From: Girardia tigrina
Taxonomy: Eukaryota
Assembly: GCA_001938485.1 (NCBI GenBank)
Contig: MQRK01240488.1
Span: 1 to 50,033, forward strand
Length of the DNA stretch: 50,033 bases
Reading direction: 5' to 3'
Shown: in pieces, positions 13,623 to 26,650 of the stretch
Layout of the letters: each line of letters opens with the position of its first letter
How positions within the stretch are numbered: position 1 is the stretch's first letter
Made by a program: the position numbers and the translations under genes
Notes under the pieces: model-generated
The model's input: only the letters and a program-made list of their open reading frames with translations
Database searches by the model: none
Told to the model about the DNA's origin: nothing

Positions 13623-14147
13623 TGAATTTTGAAAATTAATCACGAGACATGAATATTTGGTTTTAGAAAATACGTTTGTTTAAAGTCTAAAAATCGATTT
13701 GTTTCAATTGAAAAAAATTGATATTTGAAAAAATTCAACTGAAATCAATAAATTTATTTTGCTAAAATTTTCGAATACAAAGAATCAATTAATAAAACAA
13801 AACACAAAATTAATATATTAAAAGTTTTCAATGATTAAAAATCAATTTTTAAATTTAAATTGAATTAAAAATTTAATAAATCTTTTTTATGATAATTTTT
13901 ATTGTATTTTTTTTTATTGAAATTTAATAAGTGAAAAATAAAAATAAAGTTCGGTGTATAAATTATTTTGGGTAATATTTATTTTTAATTAAGTAAAATT
14001 ATTCATAAAAAAACATTGTGATAAAAAACAATCCAACTCAAAAATTATTATTTAAATTATTCCATGATTAAATTGTAAATAATTCAATATCGATTAAATT
14101 TCCGTGCACAAATTCTAGTTTAGAAATCATTTTTCGTTAATATATTT

Positions 14148-14333
14148 ATGGAACAATCAAGCGGGAACCCGGGAAATGACGAACATTCCACTAAACCTGT
14201 TTTGGAAAAATTTAAAACGAAATCTAAATCGGTTAAAGAGAGAAATATATTTTCCCGAATTTTTCATAAAAAAACACCGAAAGAATCCAAATTTACTATG
14301 ACGAAAAATAAAAACGTAAAGGGAACCATTCAA
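14148..14333 (+). CDS. Profilin exon 1 (Lys-rich N-terminal extension; alternative ATG at 14298)
   Basis: Runs from ATG to CAA|GTATCG; a 52-bp intron to AAG|TTT joins it in phase 0 to exon 2. Confidence 0.6.
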
Positions 14334-14385
14334 GTATCGAATTTGGTTTTCGCTTATTCATAAATTACTATTTTTGTTGCTGAAG

Positions 14386-14562
14386 TTTGCTGCCGATGCC
14401 AATTGTGAAGTATGGAAGAAAATTGTGGATAATAGCATAATAGGAACGAAACTCATTGATAGTTGTGTACTTTGTACAAAAGAGGGTCAAATTTTGATGT
14501 GTAATCCTCAGAATTATACGCCGTCACTGGAACAAATGGCAATCATAATCGATGGATTTGAA
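14386..14562 (+). CDS. Profilin exon 2 (N-terminal half of the domain)
   Basis: FAADANCEVWKKIVDNSIIGTKLIDSCVLCTKEGQILMCNPQNYTPSLEQMAIIIDGFE resembles the profilin pattern W..YVD..L.GT......I...G...S.EE...I..GF; donor GAA|GTTCGT. Confidence 0.85.
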
Positions 14563-15251
14563 GTTCGTTTGTCATTAATTGTATGAAATAATTGATGTTT
14601 TTATTTCATCGATAATTTTCTAGGAAGACAACTTTAAATTTTTGGAATTTCAAAAATTTAAATAGAAAAAGTTAGATTTTGTTTGAACATCCTCAAGATT
14701 ATTAAATTTAGACGCTGACATAGGAATCAAAATTTTCTATATTACACGTTTTCCAAAAAGTGTTTAAAGACCAACATGATAACAAACTTATTTTTTTTGA
14801 AAAATAATTTTTGAAAATTTTAAACCTATATACCCTGGGGTATTAAATAATTCTTATATCAATATTTTATTTTCCTTTATAAATTTAAAATTAAACTATC
14901 GTAATTAAATACTTAATCATTTGGTCAAAATTTTGTTTAATAAATTAATTTTAATTTTTGTTTATTATTTTCGTTATGATAATCGACACTACAATACAAC
15001 TTTTCTTCTTCATGTGCCGTATAATTTGCAGCTAATGATTAATCACATTTAAGTAGTTTAGTTTCAATTTATTTAGCTGTCAAAAAATTATCAAATGTTA
15101 TCATTAAGTATTTTTCATGTAAAAGTTACAAAATACAAAATCATTTTAATATATACCTTGTCTTTTCATTGTACGCTTTGTTTTTAGTAAATCAGAAAAA
15201 ATTGTTTAATTTAGTTTTATGTTAGGAAGTTACAAAACAGTCACTTAAGAA

Positions 15252-15561
15252 CAGGGCTTCAAATTTCCTTAGAAATTAATCTGTAGGATTTTCAGTTCAC
15301 ATTCCAAATCCCGGGAAACGGATTTGAAAAAATTCCATTCCCGTTCCTGGGAATTGAAATGAAAGTTAGTTATGTAATGCATGAAAAATAATAAAATATA
15401 TTTTAACTACATTTTTTGTTTAACAGTGCATTATTTTAATCATTTTTTACTTACTAATCAAAAATTAATCAAAATTTTAAAATTTTCATTCCCATTTCAA
15501 TTTCCGCTATTCCTGGGATTTCCCGGGAACGGAAACGAGAATTGGAAAAGTTGAAGCCCTG
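15252..15561. mobile_element. hAT-type MITE
   Basis: TIRs CAGGGCTTCAAATTTCC / GGAAAAGTTGAAGCCCTG; subterminal TCCCGGGAA-like repeats. Confidence 0.75.
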
Positions 15562-15564
15562 TTT

Positions 15565-16360
15565 GGGAATCGTTATTTGTGATGAAAAGTAGATCCATTA
15601 TGAAAATCGCAAACATTCAGTTAACTGGAGGGACGCAAATGAAGCTCCAAAACGCAGTCCAAAGCACAAAATTCATCAAAAGAAGCTGATGGTGAGTGTT
15701 TGGAGGACTGCGTAGATATAATCCATTATGACTTTGTGAAAACTAGTTTTTCGATCACAACAGGAAGATATTATGCGGAACTCAAAGATAAACAGGTCGA
15801 CTACAATTTAGCTCCACGAAAAAGTAATACCACATAGTGTCTTAAGTCAATGACAAAATAAATAAATAAATTTTACATAAATAAACTGGCTTTTTATCCA
15901 TTTTTTTTAATTTATAGTTACATCAGACGAAATTCAGTGGTTTGAAAAATTTATTAATTATTTTTAATTGTGACAAAGTCAAGTACACATTTTTAAAAAA
16001 ATGCAAACACACACACAACAAACACACATTCATCAACTTGAGTTGGAACTTCTGCATCATCTTTCATACTCACCAGACCTAGTACAAACTAACTACCAAT
16101 TTTCCTCATTTTGAAGATCTTTTTGTTAAGAAAAAAATTCAATTCTGAAGGTGCCGTTAAATTGACCTTCAAGAAATTTAAAGATTCTCGTCAACTGAAT
16201 TTTTATTCAATTGGCCTCAATAAGCTGCAGCTCAAATGACAAATAAATGTGTCGATAATAGTGGTGTATACTTTGATGAATGATATAAGTATTTGTATTG
16301 GTAAATTATCAATAAACGTTTACTTTAGTTCCACAAATTTCATATTTGACGACCTCATAG
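15565..16360 (+). mobile_element. Mariner transposase remnant, interrupted
   Basis: Fragments IVICDEK.IHYEN, HQKKLMVSVW, IIHYDFVK and LLHHLSYSPDL; many stops. Confidence 0.75.
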
Positions 16361-18139
16361 TAAAACAAGATCTTATATTTTCTAAATTCAATTTTTTAAC
16401 ATTTTTTCATGAATCTAACTCCCTTCCAACAATGAATTTTATTTTTCTTCATTACGTTTACTAACTATAAATAATAGTACCTTTTTTATAAATAAAATGT
16501 TTATTTTTATGATAACCATAATGAGAATGTCTTCCTATAACATTAGTAATAATCTTAGATATCAAACAAATAATCTTACAAACATAGTAATTATATATGT
16601 GGGTTTCAATTGAATATTTTTCTGCTTAAAACACCTGTCAATATTAATGTTTACTCTTATAAGAATTTGTGTACAGAAAATTCAATAAATTAAAATAGCG
16701 GAGTTCGTATGATTTTAGACATGGATAGTGCTTCATACGTCTGATGTGTCTCCCTAGAGCCACCACCAGGCATAATATCGTTGAGATTACCTACAAGTTA
16801 GTTTTCCTTTTGAATGCTATATAATTAAAAACTATTGAGTTTATTTGAAAATCTCCTAACGATATTAACTACCGTTTACGTTTATTTTGAATCTTAAGTA
16901 TAAAAATATAGACATTTTATCCTAAGAAATCTATTTTTCATGCGAATATTACGTCTCTTTCTTGCGTTGCAGCAATGATCACCCATGTAGCTTTTGAACG
17001 CATGTAAATTACTAGTAAGACGTATTCGCATCAGACACGAACATCTACGTTCACTGGTTAATAACGACTAATTTATTTTATTAATAAATATTTGAATGAA
17101 TACTAACTTTGAGTTTATTAAAATCATGTTCTGTTCACTTTAAAGTTAAAAATCACAACAGGCAATAGGCAATTTCGTCGCTCAGCAACATCATGGTCAT
17201 TATATCACGGTTTATTCCAAAACACGGTAACTTAATCTAGTATAATACTTAAGGTGGATGCAAATCCTTTATTTTACTTCTTTTCACGGTATTGAAAATC
17301 TACATCACTAAAATATTGTTCCTTTACAGCTTCATTTCTTGGCTGTTTCGGATATTCTTAAAATTTCCAAATCGTTTCATGCGATGACCAAGTCAACTCG
17401 ATATATCAGTGTACTTCAACGGGGGCGTTTTGAAAATGTATGAAGCGCTGAAAAAATTATTCATACAAGTTGTCAATTCTTCTCCAATCTATTCTCCAGT
17501 CCTTTTGTACTCCACTTTGAATTTATCGTATAAATTTAATTTTTTTGAAGAATGGGCGCTGAATATTTTACTTTTTCAAACGTTTTTAAAAAGTCCTAAG
17601 TAAACTATAAATAAAGACAGGTGTATAAAATAAAAGTAATAACAGACATTGCAATGAATTAAGCAGGTTTATACATGAACGTCATAGAGTAGATACTTGT
17701 ACTAACTGCTCTATAATATGAAATATAAAAGAGTGGCGCATCCAATTTATAATTTAGTTCAATGTTATGCGTGATGTTAAGTGCCTACTACAAATTTTTC
17801 CTCGCCTTAGACAAAAATAAGTATAATTTTTTGTATTGTTAAGCAGCTAGCATACTTTCGTTATGTAAACTTTATTATTATGAAATTAACATTTTTTAAA
17901 AATCTTCATTTAAAAAAATCCTATACTAAAGTTTTCATTTTGATGTTACATTCTTATAAAATTTCATTATTAATTAATTCTCATTTTTATAATAATGTTT
18001 AAATATTAAAATTCAAAAATCTTTATGAACTCCCCAAATTGATCTCTGTAATTTAAATTTATTTATGCAAAATTATACTCTTGTTTAAGTTGATTAATAA
18101 AATTATTTTGTTGTTAATTAATTTTGAATTATTTATCAT

Positions 18140-19243
18140 TATTAACTATGTTTTTGGACCCTGTTTTCTGAAAATAGTATTAGTCAGCCGAAGAAAAAAT
18201 GCGGACAATACAATGTTGAATATATGAAATATGGTTTTATTCCTTCACTAGAAAATAGTAGTTTACCTTTCTGTCTTCTATGTAATAAAACGGTTCAATG
18301 AAACCTTCTAAGCTTATTTTCTATGCAATTTAATTATTTTAAATGACATCGCTCATATGACTGATTTATTTGCCAGATTTAACAAGAATAATTTTTAACT
18401 AGAAAGGGAATCATTAAATTTAATGAAAACTAAAAGTGTAATATCTACCTTTGTTACAAAACTTTTGCGATACAAACAAAACTTGAAAAGAGGAGAATGT
18501 TCTCAGTCTCCAAATCTTTTAACATTGCAAAACAGAGATAAAGATTTGTTTACTTATTGTCAACACTTAACGGCGCTTCATTCGGACGCCGAGCAAAGAT
18601 TTGAAGGCATTCTTCAATTGGATATTCCCGACCCTTTTGCAAGTAGTCAGAGCACAAATGCTGATGAAAACATACTAATTCAGGAACAACTGGTCGAATT
18701 ATCTACAAATGAGGAGCTGAAATCAATGTTCAAACAAAAATACGACAATTTTTAGATATAAAAATAAATCCTAATTTTGTACGCAGCATTATGAATTATT
18801 GTACAGAAGCTGTTGATTGCTTTTTCGTCTACCTATTTGGTAGAACGTCCATTCAGTGCCGTTATGAGCCTTGTTACAAAAAAAGAAACCGACTAAAAAT
18901 TAGTGCTCGTGGGGATTTGCGGTTGCTATTCACCAACATTGAGTCGGACATAAATACCCTAACGACATCTCATCAGGTTCAACCCAAGTCATTATTTTTT
19001 TGTATTTTAAAACAAAATTTGTAATTTTTATTCTTCTTCTACAAAATATTTTACTTATATTGTATTTTACCGTTACCATTTACAATTTAAAACATCAAAG
19101 TTAAATTTTAAATTTTTTTGTTATGTATTTATGTAGTCTTTCACCCAGAGTTTGTGAGAAAATTTTGACTATGAAAGGGGATCCGTGGGCAAGTTATGAC
19201 TAAGAAAAGGAATCCGTGGGCCAAAAGAGGTTGGGAACCACTG
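18140..19243 (+). mobile_element. hAT (Buster/Charlie, ZBED5/SCAND3-like) remnant
   Basis: QYNVEYMKYGFI...PFCLLC...SMKPSKL; STYLVERPFSAV...KKRNRL...GDLR; 3' TIR GGTTGGGAACCACTG. Confidence 0.85.
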
Positions 19244-19355
19244 GTATAAATGATGAATTAATTTTTCACTGAAATCTCCTTTAAATAATTAGTATAAATA
19301 AAGAAATTTATTCTTAAAATAAAATTAACAATGATAAGTTGTTAATGATAAAATT

Positions 19356-19651
19356 TTAACTCAAAACGGAAAAAAATAAAGAAGATGAGAATAACAATTG
19401 CGGCAAAAAGAGTTTGGTGGAAGAAGAAATGAAGTAAATGAGGTTACTTATTTGAAAACTTGATGATTGAATAAGTTCCAAGCAAAATTCTGTTGGTCTT
19501 TTTATTATGAACTTGTTGATGGAGGAAGGCGATGATAGAAAACTCCGGTGAATTTGATAGATTGTTTCGTTAGTTGATGGATAATGTCGGGAAATTTGAT
19601 AAAAAATATCCACATAAAATCCACGAAACGAATAGAAGATGGCACAATTTA
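19356..19651 (-). CDS. Candidate terminal exon of an unknown gene, nested antisense in the profilin intron
   Basis: TAG acceptor followed by about 97 open codons ending in a hydrophobic tail (LFLPQLLFSSSLFFSVLS*); the upstream sequence is a TA repeat and a gap. Confidence 0.3.
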
Positions 19652-19694
19652 CTATATATTTGATTTTTTTTACTGTATTATTTATTCAATTTTA

Positions 19695-19741
<47 letters not shown>

Positions 19742-22700
19742 NNNNNNNNNNNNNNNNNNNNNNNNNNNNNNNNNNNNNNNNNNNNNNNNNNNNNNNNNNN
19801 NNNNNNNNNNNNNNNNNNNNNNNNNNNNNNNNNNNNNNNNNNNNNNNNNNNNNNNNNNNNNNNNNNNNNNNNNNNNNNNNNNNNNNNNNNNNNNNNNNNN
19901 NNNNNNNNNNNNNNNNNNNNNNNNNNNNNNNNNNNNNNNNNNNNNNNNNNNNNNNNNNNNNNNNNNNNNNNNNNNNNNNNNNNNNNNNNNNNNNNNNNNN
20001 NNNNNNNNNNNNNNNNNNNNNNNNNNNNNNNNNNNNNNNNNNNNNNNNNNNNNNNNNNNNNNNNNNNNNNNNNNNNNNNNNNNNNNNNNNNNNNNNNNNN
20101 NNNNNNNNNNNNNNNNNNNNNNNNNNNNTACGATGGCGCACGGGATCCGTGTCAAAACAAAACTGTCATGTTTTCTTTGTTTAATTTTCCATCATCACTT
20201 GAGCCCCCGCCGAAGAATGCGGAGCATGGTGGTTGTTGCATTGTGGAGGGCTGCTGGAAGTAGGAGGGGTGCGAGAATAAATATTCCTCGTAACGCGGTG
20301 TGTTGCAGTGTTGTGTTTTTCATGTTGGTGTGACTGTTTGCGTGGGGTGTGTTGTGGAGGTGTGATGGTGTGGAGTAGTAGTTGCGTGATGTTGTTGTTG
20401 TGGTGGTGTGTGGTTTCTGTGTGATCTGTTGCTCTGTGATGTTGGGAGCGTGTGTTGTAGTTGTGTTGAGGGTGTGAGGTCGTTGCTCGTTTCTTGGTGT
20501 TGTCACGGAAACAAAGCGGTCGTATGATCTTCGTTTGAGATGATTTTCTAGTTGTCTTCGTGACTAATGGACGCTTTGACGTTGTAGCTTTCTTTTTGGG
20601 GGAGTTGTTGTTGTCCGGCTTTGGCTTCGTTTCGTCCTGGATGAACTCTTCCAATTGCAGGCAAGGCTTGAGGTTGCAAATATTCACGATGATCTCCTTG
20701 CCATGTACCAAAAGTTTAGCTGTGTTGTTATCTAGTACGATGGTTAGGAGCTTATGTTGTCCAGTGTAGCGACTTTCTAAAGATATCGCGGTTTCCTTTT
20801 GGAACCAAACCAACTTTGAGGTCACAAGTTCTTTCGGGACAAAGATGTGCTGTCCCTCTGGGTTTGGTGGTGTTCTGTCGGCTTGCAAAAAGTGTTCACG
20901 CACCGNCCGCCGTTAACATCTCATCGTTTCTTCGTGCTTCGTTGAAGGGAGGTTGTTTAGAGAGGTGTTTGAGCCGAAGACCATTTGTGCGGGCCAGGTA
21001 CCATATCTGCTATGAGGAATGTTTCTCCAGCCTAGCAAAATGAGTGGTAACTGCTTCGCCCAATCATTTTTCTGTGCTAACGTTCTGAATAAGTTCTTCA
21101 GGGTACAGTGGAATCGTTCTATCAGGCCGTTGGTTTGCGGTTGGTACGCGGTGGTCTTGATTTTCTGGATGCCCCATCGTTGAGTGAGGTCGCTTAATAA
21201 CTCTGACTCGTATTGTCGCCCCTGATCTATTATGATCCTATTCGGAATGCCGAAACGAGAAATCCAGTTGTTGACGAATATTTCAATAATGGTGTCAGTG
21301 ACCAATTATCTGAGTGGGAACGCCTCGGGCCACCTCGTGTTCCTGTCTAGGATGGTAAGGATGTACTAGTAGCCATGTGACATGGGAAGTGGTCCGACAA
21401 TGTCCATATGCACCGTGTCAAAACGACTGCCGGTAGGGAACGTCAGTATTGACGATTTGGTGTGCTTCGTGACCTTATTTTTCTAGCACTGAAAACTGGT
21501 GCGAGACCAAAGAGTAATGTCTTTCCGCATGAACGACCAAATGACTTTGTTTCTTATCAGCTGGTAGGTGGCCTTTGAGCAAGGGTGTGTTGAGTTGTGA
21601 ATTACCTGGAAGGCTTGAACCCGTAGATCCTGGCCCAGCACTGGTCGGAGGCACCCCGGGAGCGACGTGTCATAATACACATTTCTTTTTTTGATTGACA
21701 GGATTTTGAAGGAGCTGAGATCTTTCAAGCTGGGTGAATACTGCTCCAAGACCTCTGTGGTGAACAACGGCTCAAAGTCAAGACTCATTATGTCAGCTCT
21801 AGAAAGGCAATCTGCCATTACATTGTCGGATCCTTTGATATGTTGTACTTTGATGTTGATCTGGGACAAGTAACTGATTTGGTGTTGTTGTCATGGAGAT
21901 GAATTTTTCATCGTTAGATAGAAAGTTAGGGGTTTTTGATCCGTGTAAACAGTAGTAGGCTGGGCGATGATGAAATGCTCGAAGTGACGAACGGACATGT
22001 ACAACTCTAATATTTCGCGGTCGAAGGCCGAGTACCGCGTCTGCGGTGAAGATAGCTTGTGTGAAAAGAACTCTATCGGTTCTGGTTTGTCTCCACGAAT
22101 CTGCATGAGCCCTTCACCGATGGCAATGTTCGATGAATCGGTTTTCAAGGTGCAACGGGAGATTGCTGTCGGGAAAATGTAGCTAGTTTGTCGCGAGCAT
22201 ATCCTCCTTGACCTATTAGAACACGGTGTCAGCTACGCGTGGCCAGGAGATTTTGGATCGTTTCGGACCAGTAGAAAGTGCGATAAGTGGGGTAAGTGTT
22301 CCGGACAGGTTGGGTATGAATTGTCTGACATAATTAACCATTCCTAAAAAACTACGGAGAACCATGATGTTCTCTGGACGAGGAAAGTCTAGAATGACTT
22401 TTATTCTGCTATCCAGTGACCTTACCCCGTCTCTGGAAATATTGTGGTCAAGTAAATCCACCTTCGGTTAGAAGAATTGACATTTGTCGAGCTTAATGCG
22501 AAGGTTGTGATCATGAAGCCTCGTCAGAACTTCGAATAAGTGTTTTTTGTTCATCATGGTTCATGGAGGCAACAATGATGTCATCGACATATGCGGCAAC
22601 GTTGCTGAGCCCATTAAAAACTATGTCAATGTGCCTTTGGAATGTTTCCGACGCATTTCGAAGCCCGAACTCATATAGAGGCAGGTACTTATATAGACCG

Positions 22701-25104
22701 AATAGCGTAGTGACGGTGGTTTTTGGAATTGATGCCTCATCCATTGGAATCTTTTGGTACGCCTTACTCACGTCAAGTGACGAGAATACTGTACACCCTG
22801 AAAAACGCTGAAGAATGTCAGTTATCAACGGCATGGGGTATGAGTCAGGTATAGTGACCTTTTTGACTCCCCGATAGTCCCCGCAGATCCTAAGTGATCC
22901 ATCTTTCTTTTTGACGATTTGGAATAGAGCAACCCACGGAGAGGAGGAGCGCCGGATGATACCATCTGCCTCCAATTCCCATAATTCTTCAGCAACTTGT
23001 GTTCGGATCACTTGTGATAGTTACCTACGGCATTGATGAACTGGAGCACAGTTCGTGATGGAGATTACGTGTGTTGATACAAAAGTTGTAGGCTTGTCGG
23101 CATTGGCGTCATCCAGCAGTCCTGGAAATTGCTCGCGAATCTGTCTGGTGGTGTCGGTTTCCAGGGTGTTGATCAAACGTTCTGTCGTGGTCGTCGGCGG
23201 GACTGCTGATTCTTGTCGGTAGTTGTTGTCGATGTTGAGACATACCTTGGCCAAGAGAGTTTGAGTGCTGCACTCGACCAAGATCTTGAAGTGTTAAAAA
23301 AATCGGTCCCTAGGATGGGTTGTGTCACTCCGACAATGGTGAATGTCCAAGTGAATTGATTTCTCAATTGGTGCAACGTGATCGTGAGCTGTACAGTGCT
23401 GTACGGGTGGACGGTGGTGCCGTTAGTGGCGCTGAGGTACTGCGAGAGTCACTTCAATTGAGACCTGAACGTGCGAGGAATAATAGAAACGGTGGATCCG
23501 GTGTCGACAAGAAAGCGAAGGTCGCTATTGATCGGCGTTTTCACTCGGGCCTCAGATGTGAAGATGCCGCAGTAGTTATTTCTGTCCACCTCGCTTGCCA
23601 CCGGAACGATGGGTGATACTATTTTTTTACTCTTGAAGTGGAAGCAACCGAGAGCACAATCCTTGGAATTCCTACCGAATTTGGCTTGACAGATGCACAC
23701 GTCAGTCATTTGAGGTTCGGATCCATCGCACGGGAACGTGCAACCGGGTTGGCATTTCTTAGCTGCTTTTTCACGAATCGACGGTAAAAATAACACAAGA
23801 CGATAGTGGTCTTCATGAATAAACCGAATAGCGGGGTTGGCGCTCCTCCAGGACATCCGACGACTGATATACATACAGCATGACTCTGCGATCCCGGGTC
23901 AATGCATTACTGAGCGGCTCGGTTTCCACTAGTGAGCAATCACGGTTGCCGCTGATAGCGATCAGACTGGCTTGCAGAGCCGCTATCTGTTCGGATAGTG
24001 TGGTTACCTCCGTGAAGTGTACGTGTTGGGGTGTTCTCGAGCTCGGTGTGCGGCTGCTGTTGCTGGTTGCCGACATGATCGGGTAGCAGTGACCCTTGTT
24101 GTGCCCAACGGTTTCGGCGATTTAGACCGCGATCTTGGCGAACTCCACGAGTGGTAGATTGTCGAAGGCGGTAAGTATGGCCCGTTATGTGTCCGGTATA
24201 GCTAGGAGGAAGAGCTTCCGCATCAGCAGCTGATCTGCATCATCATTGACCAGTGCCGGGTTGAGCGCATGCAGATCGGTTGTCATCTTGTTCAGGAACT
24301 GAGTGGGCCTGATGGCTCCCTCGGCTGAGTCCTGAAATATCGCTCTAAGTGCGCATCGAAAGTCTGTGAGTGTGCCTTCATTAAGTGGTTGCACAACTGA
24401 TCGTATGGTCGGTCATGTGCCATGATCACCGGAAGATCTTTGTTTATTACCAGCAATTGATCGACCCGTAATGCGGCTGTGAGGTGTTGAAACCGCACAT
24501 GTTGGCTCCTCATGGTTTTCAGGCGGAACTCCATTAGTCCAAGACAGGTTCGAGGTGATCTGTAGTCATCTAGAAAAAACGGGGACGTCGGTAACGCCAA
24601 CGAGTGCACTGCGTTTCGCTCTTTCAGCTGTGGTATGCTGGTTTCAGAGAAAAGTTCAGGTCCCTCATCGCGATCACCACCGCCTAAAAGTGCCACGTGG
24701 CAAGTGATTGTGGTGTCGGTCACGATCCCGTACTGCCTGAAAGAGAGGTGAGAGCGTAACGGTTAAAACCCCTTATAAAGTGGGACTGGATGTCCCGACT
24801 GACTGGTGAAGTGATTTATGAGGTGTTCGATAAAATAGTCGGTGGACAATTTGAGTGTGGTGACAATGTCCTCTTCAGTGTTTATTGTTATTGTGGTATG
24901 TGCTTAAGTTATTGTTTTCAGTGTGTTTTGGATGTGGTGTGTGCTTATTTGATCGTTAAGTGCTGTGTTAGAGTAAATTTGTTTAATGTGAGGCGTGTGA
25001 GTGTTTGTTGCGGTGCATGCGTGGTGATTGTAGTGAGTGTAAGTGTTGCAGCAACCGCGTTTTAAAAAAACATTCAAAATTGCTGACCTGTGTTGGATCG
25101 GTTG

Positions 25105-25122
25105 ATCCTACTTCTGTCACCA
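25105..25122 (-). promoter_or_regulatory. Primer-binding site (tRNA-Leu-like)
   Basis: TGGTGACAGAAGTAGGAT lies 1 nt inside the LTR end and is close to the tRNA-Leu-type PBS TGGTGTCAGAAGTGGGAT. Confidence 0.75.
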
Positions 25123-25123
25123 A

Positions 25124-25633
25124 TGTGGTACCGACAGCCGGACCGAATGGCGACGGCCGGCACCTCTTAGACGTGCCGGGACTTGGTTCTCGGAGAGATC
25201 GCCACATCGGTTTGACGAAGTCTAGTTGTCGATAGGGTCTGGTGATCATCGGTCGATATGCCATAAGATGGAGGTCCCNNNNNNNNNGTTCCGCCTCCGA
25301 GAACGCCGATACCGCTCCGTTCGTCGAAATACGACACGAGTGTGCAACCAGCGAGACTGTGGGGATCCGTCATGCATCACCAAATTGTGCGAGGCGATGG
25401 CGCACGGGATCCGACCGATTGGAGCCGGTACTACATTGTGCGGTGTCCGTCAATATCAGCATCGTGTAAAAACATCCGAATGACGATTAATATTCAATAT
25501 TGATCGAAAATATATAAAAAGGAACGTTCATCATTTCTATTCAAAACGCAAAATGATTTATTTCATTTAAAATTGTGCCATCAAATATTATTAAAACAAA
25601 ACTGTCATGTTTTTTTGTGTAATTTTTGATCAC

Positions 25634-25637
<4 letters not shown>
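25124..25637 (-). repeat. 5' LTR of the Gypsy element
   Basis: TGTGGT...ACCACA termini; shares GATGGCGCACGGGATCCG and AAAACAAAACTGTCATGTTTT with 20130-20198. Confidence 0.85.
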
Positions 25638-25664
<27 letters not shown>

Positions 25665-26009
25665 TTCTTAATATAATATAATATCATAATTAATGATATT
25701 AGTGAAGGATTCTACACTAGATCAACGAAAAGAATAGCTGTTATCATGTCTACCTTTTATCGAAATATGTCTCAATTTTATATAATTGTTACAAGCCAGT
25801 TGATTTATTAATACGGAGCAACCATTGAAAGTATTGAAATAAATATCCATTTTCGTTTGAATTACGGAAGAAAGCTTTAGATAAACTAATGAATTCTCAT
25901 TCAAAATTGGTCACGGTTGTGAATATTAAATGCTCATTTTAAATATTTGATCTGTAACTGTAAGTTTATGTAATTAACTTCAGTTTTGCTGACCATAAAA
26001 CATATACAA

Positions 26010-26340
26010 TGGATAAAACATCCCCTTCACATCATAACAATCAGTAACAATCCATTGTTAAAGCGGAAAGACGCAGGTCAAAATACGATTTTCAACATCC
26101 CTCGGTTGTATTTCGAAAGGAACTAAATTTTATTCTTTTGGGATTCTTCCTTACTCTTTAAGTTTTTTTCTATAGTTGACAACTCCAAATGATATGGATA
26201 CCTCACATTTCTTATCTTCACAAGTATTTTGCTATCTAGTTTTTTTCCTTGTTTTCATAGTCAAAATCACCGCTTCAAATAGCTCAAAACCCTTCTGACA
26301 CGTTTGTTCAGTTAAAGGTAACTCACCCTAAATGCATTCC
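26010..26340 (-). mobile_element. Mariner N-terminal fragment
   Basis: Degenerate equivalent of the WVPxEL..DVE.R..TC motif (VPFEIQP..DVENRILTC). Confidence 0.45.
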
Positions 26341-26566
26341 AATAAATACCAGAATCGTGTATATTGATAAATTGTTGTCTGTTGATTAATATTTTTCTTT
26401 AAAATCAGAACAAAACATTTCAATTGATTCTAAATAGAATTTCATCAATAGCACAATATTCCACATTTGCATGTAGAAGTATGCATAATAATGAGAGAAA
26501 ATAACAAAATTATTTCAATCATTTCTCTCATTTTACAATCGTTTATTAGCTGATTCCGAAAAGTTA

Positions 26567-26650
26567 CTTAATTTTCCGAGACTTAATTTTCAAGACTTAA
26601 TTTTCGAGATTTAAATTTTAAGACTTAATTTTTTAGACTTAATTTTTGAA
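26567..26650. repeat. Minisatellite, about 6 copies of a 14-15 bp unit (ACTTAATTTTYNAG)
   Basis: Directly visible tandem copies. Confidence 0.85.

Larger units (their letters stand above)
20130..25637 (-). mobile_element. Ty3/Gypsy LTR retrotransposon, near full-length, frameshifted
   Basis: gag from 24723, protease FLVDTGST, RT (YPMP, LRNASETFQR, YVDD), RNase H (TDSS..IG, YSAFDRE, ADCLSR) and integrase (WISRFGIP, DQGRQYES, TTAYQPQTNGLIER) in Gypsy order. 5' LTR is 25124-25637; a 3' LTR remnant at 20130-20198 runs into the gap. Confidence 0.95.

Noticed and set aside
14624-14768. Nearby acceptor as the profilin third exon (EDNFKFLEFQKFK*)
   Set aside because: It hits a stop after 13 codons; the exon at 29696 fits the profilin C-terminus far better.
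19584-20333. Long ORFs spanning N-gaps and (TA)n tracts (also 6-245, 36103-36376, 42765-43376)
   Set aside because: Artefacts of assembly gaps and YIYI-encoding microsatellites.
20560-25483. Plus-strand ORFs inside the Gypsy element
   Set aside because: Antisense shadows of GC-rich gag/pol/LTR sequence with no independent motifs.
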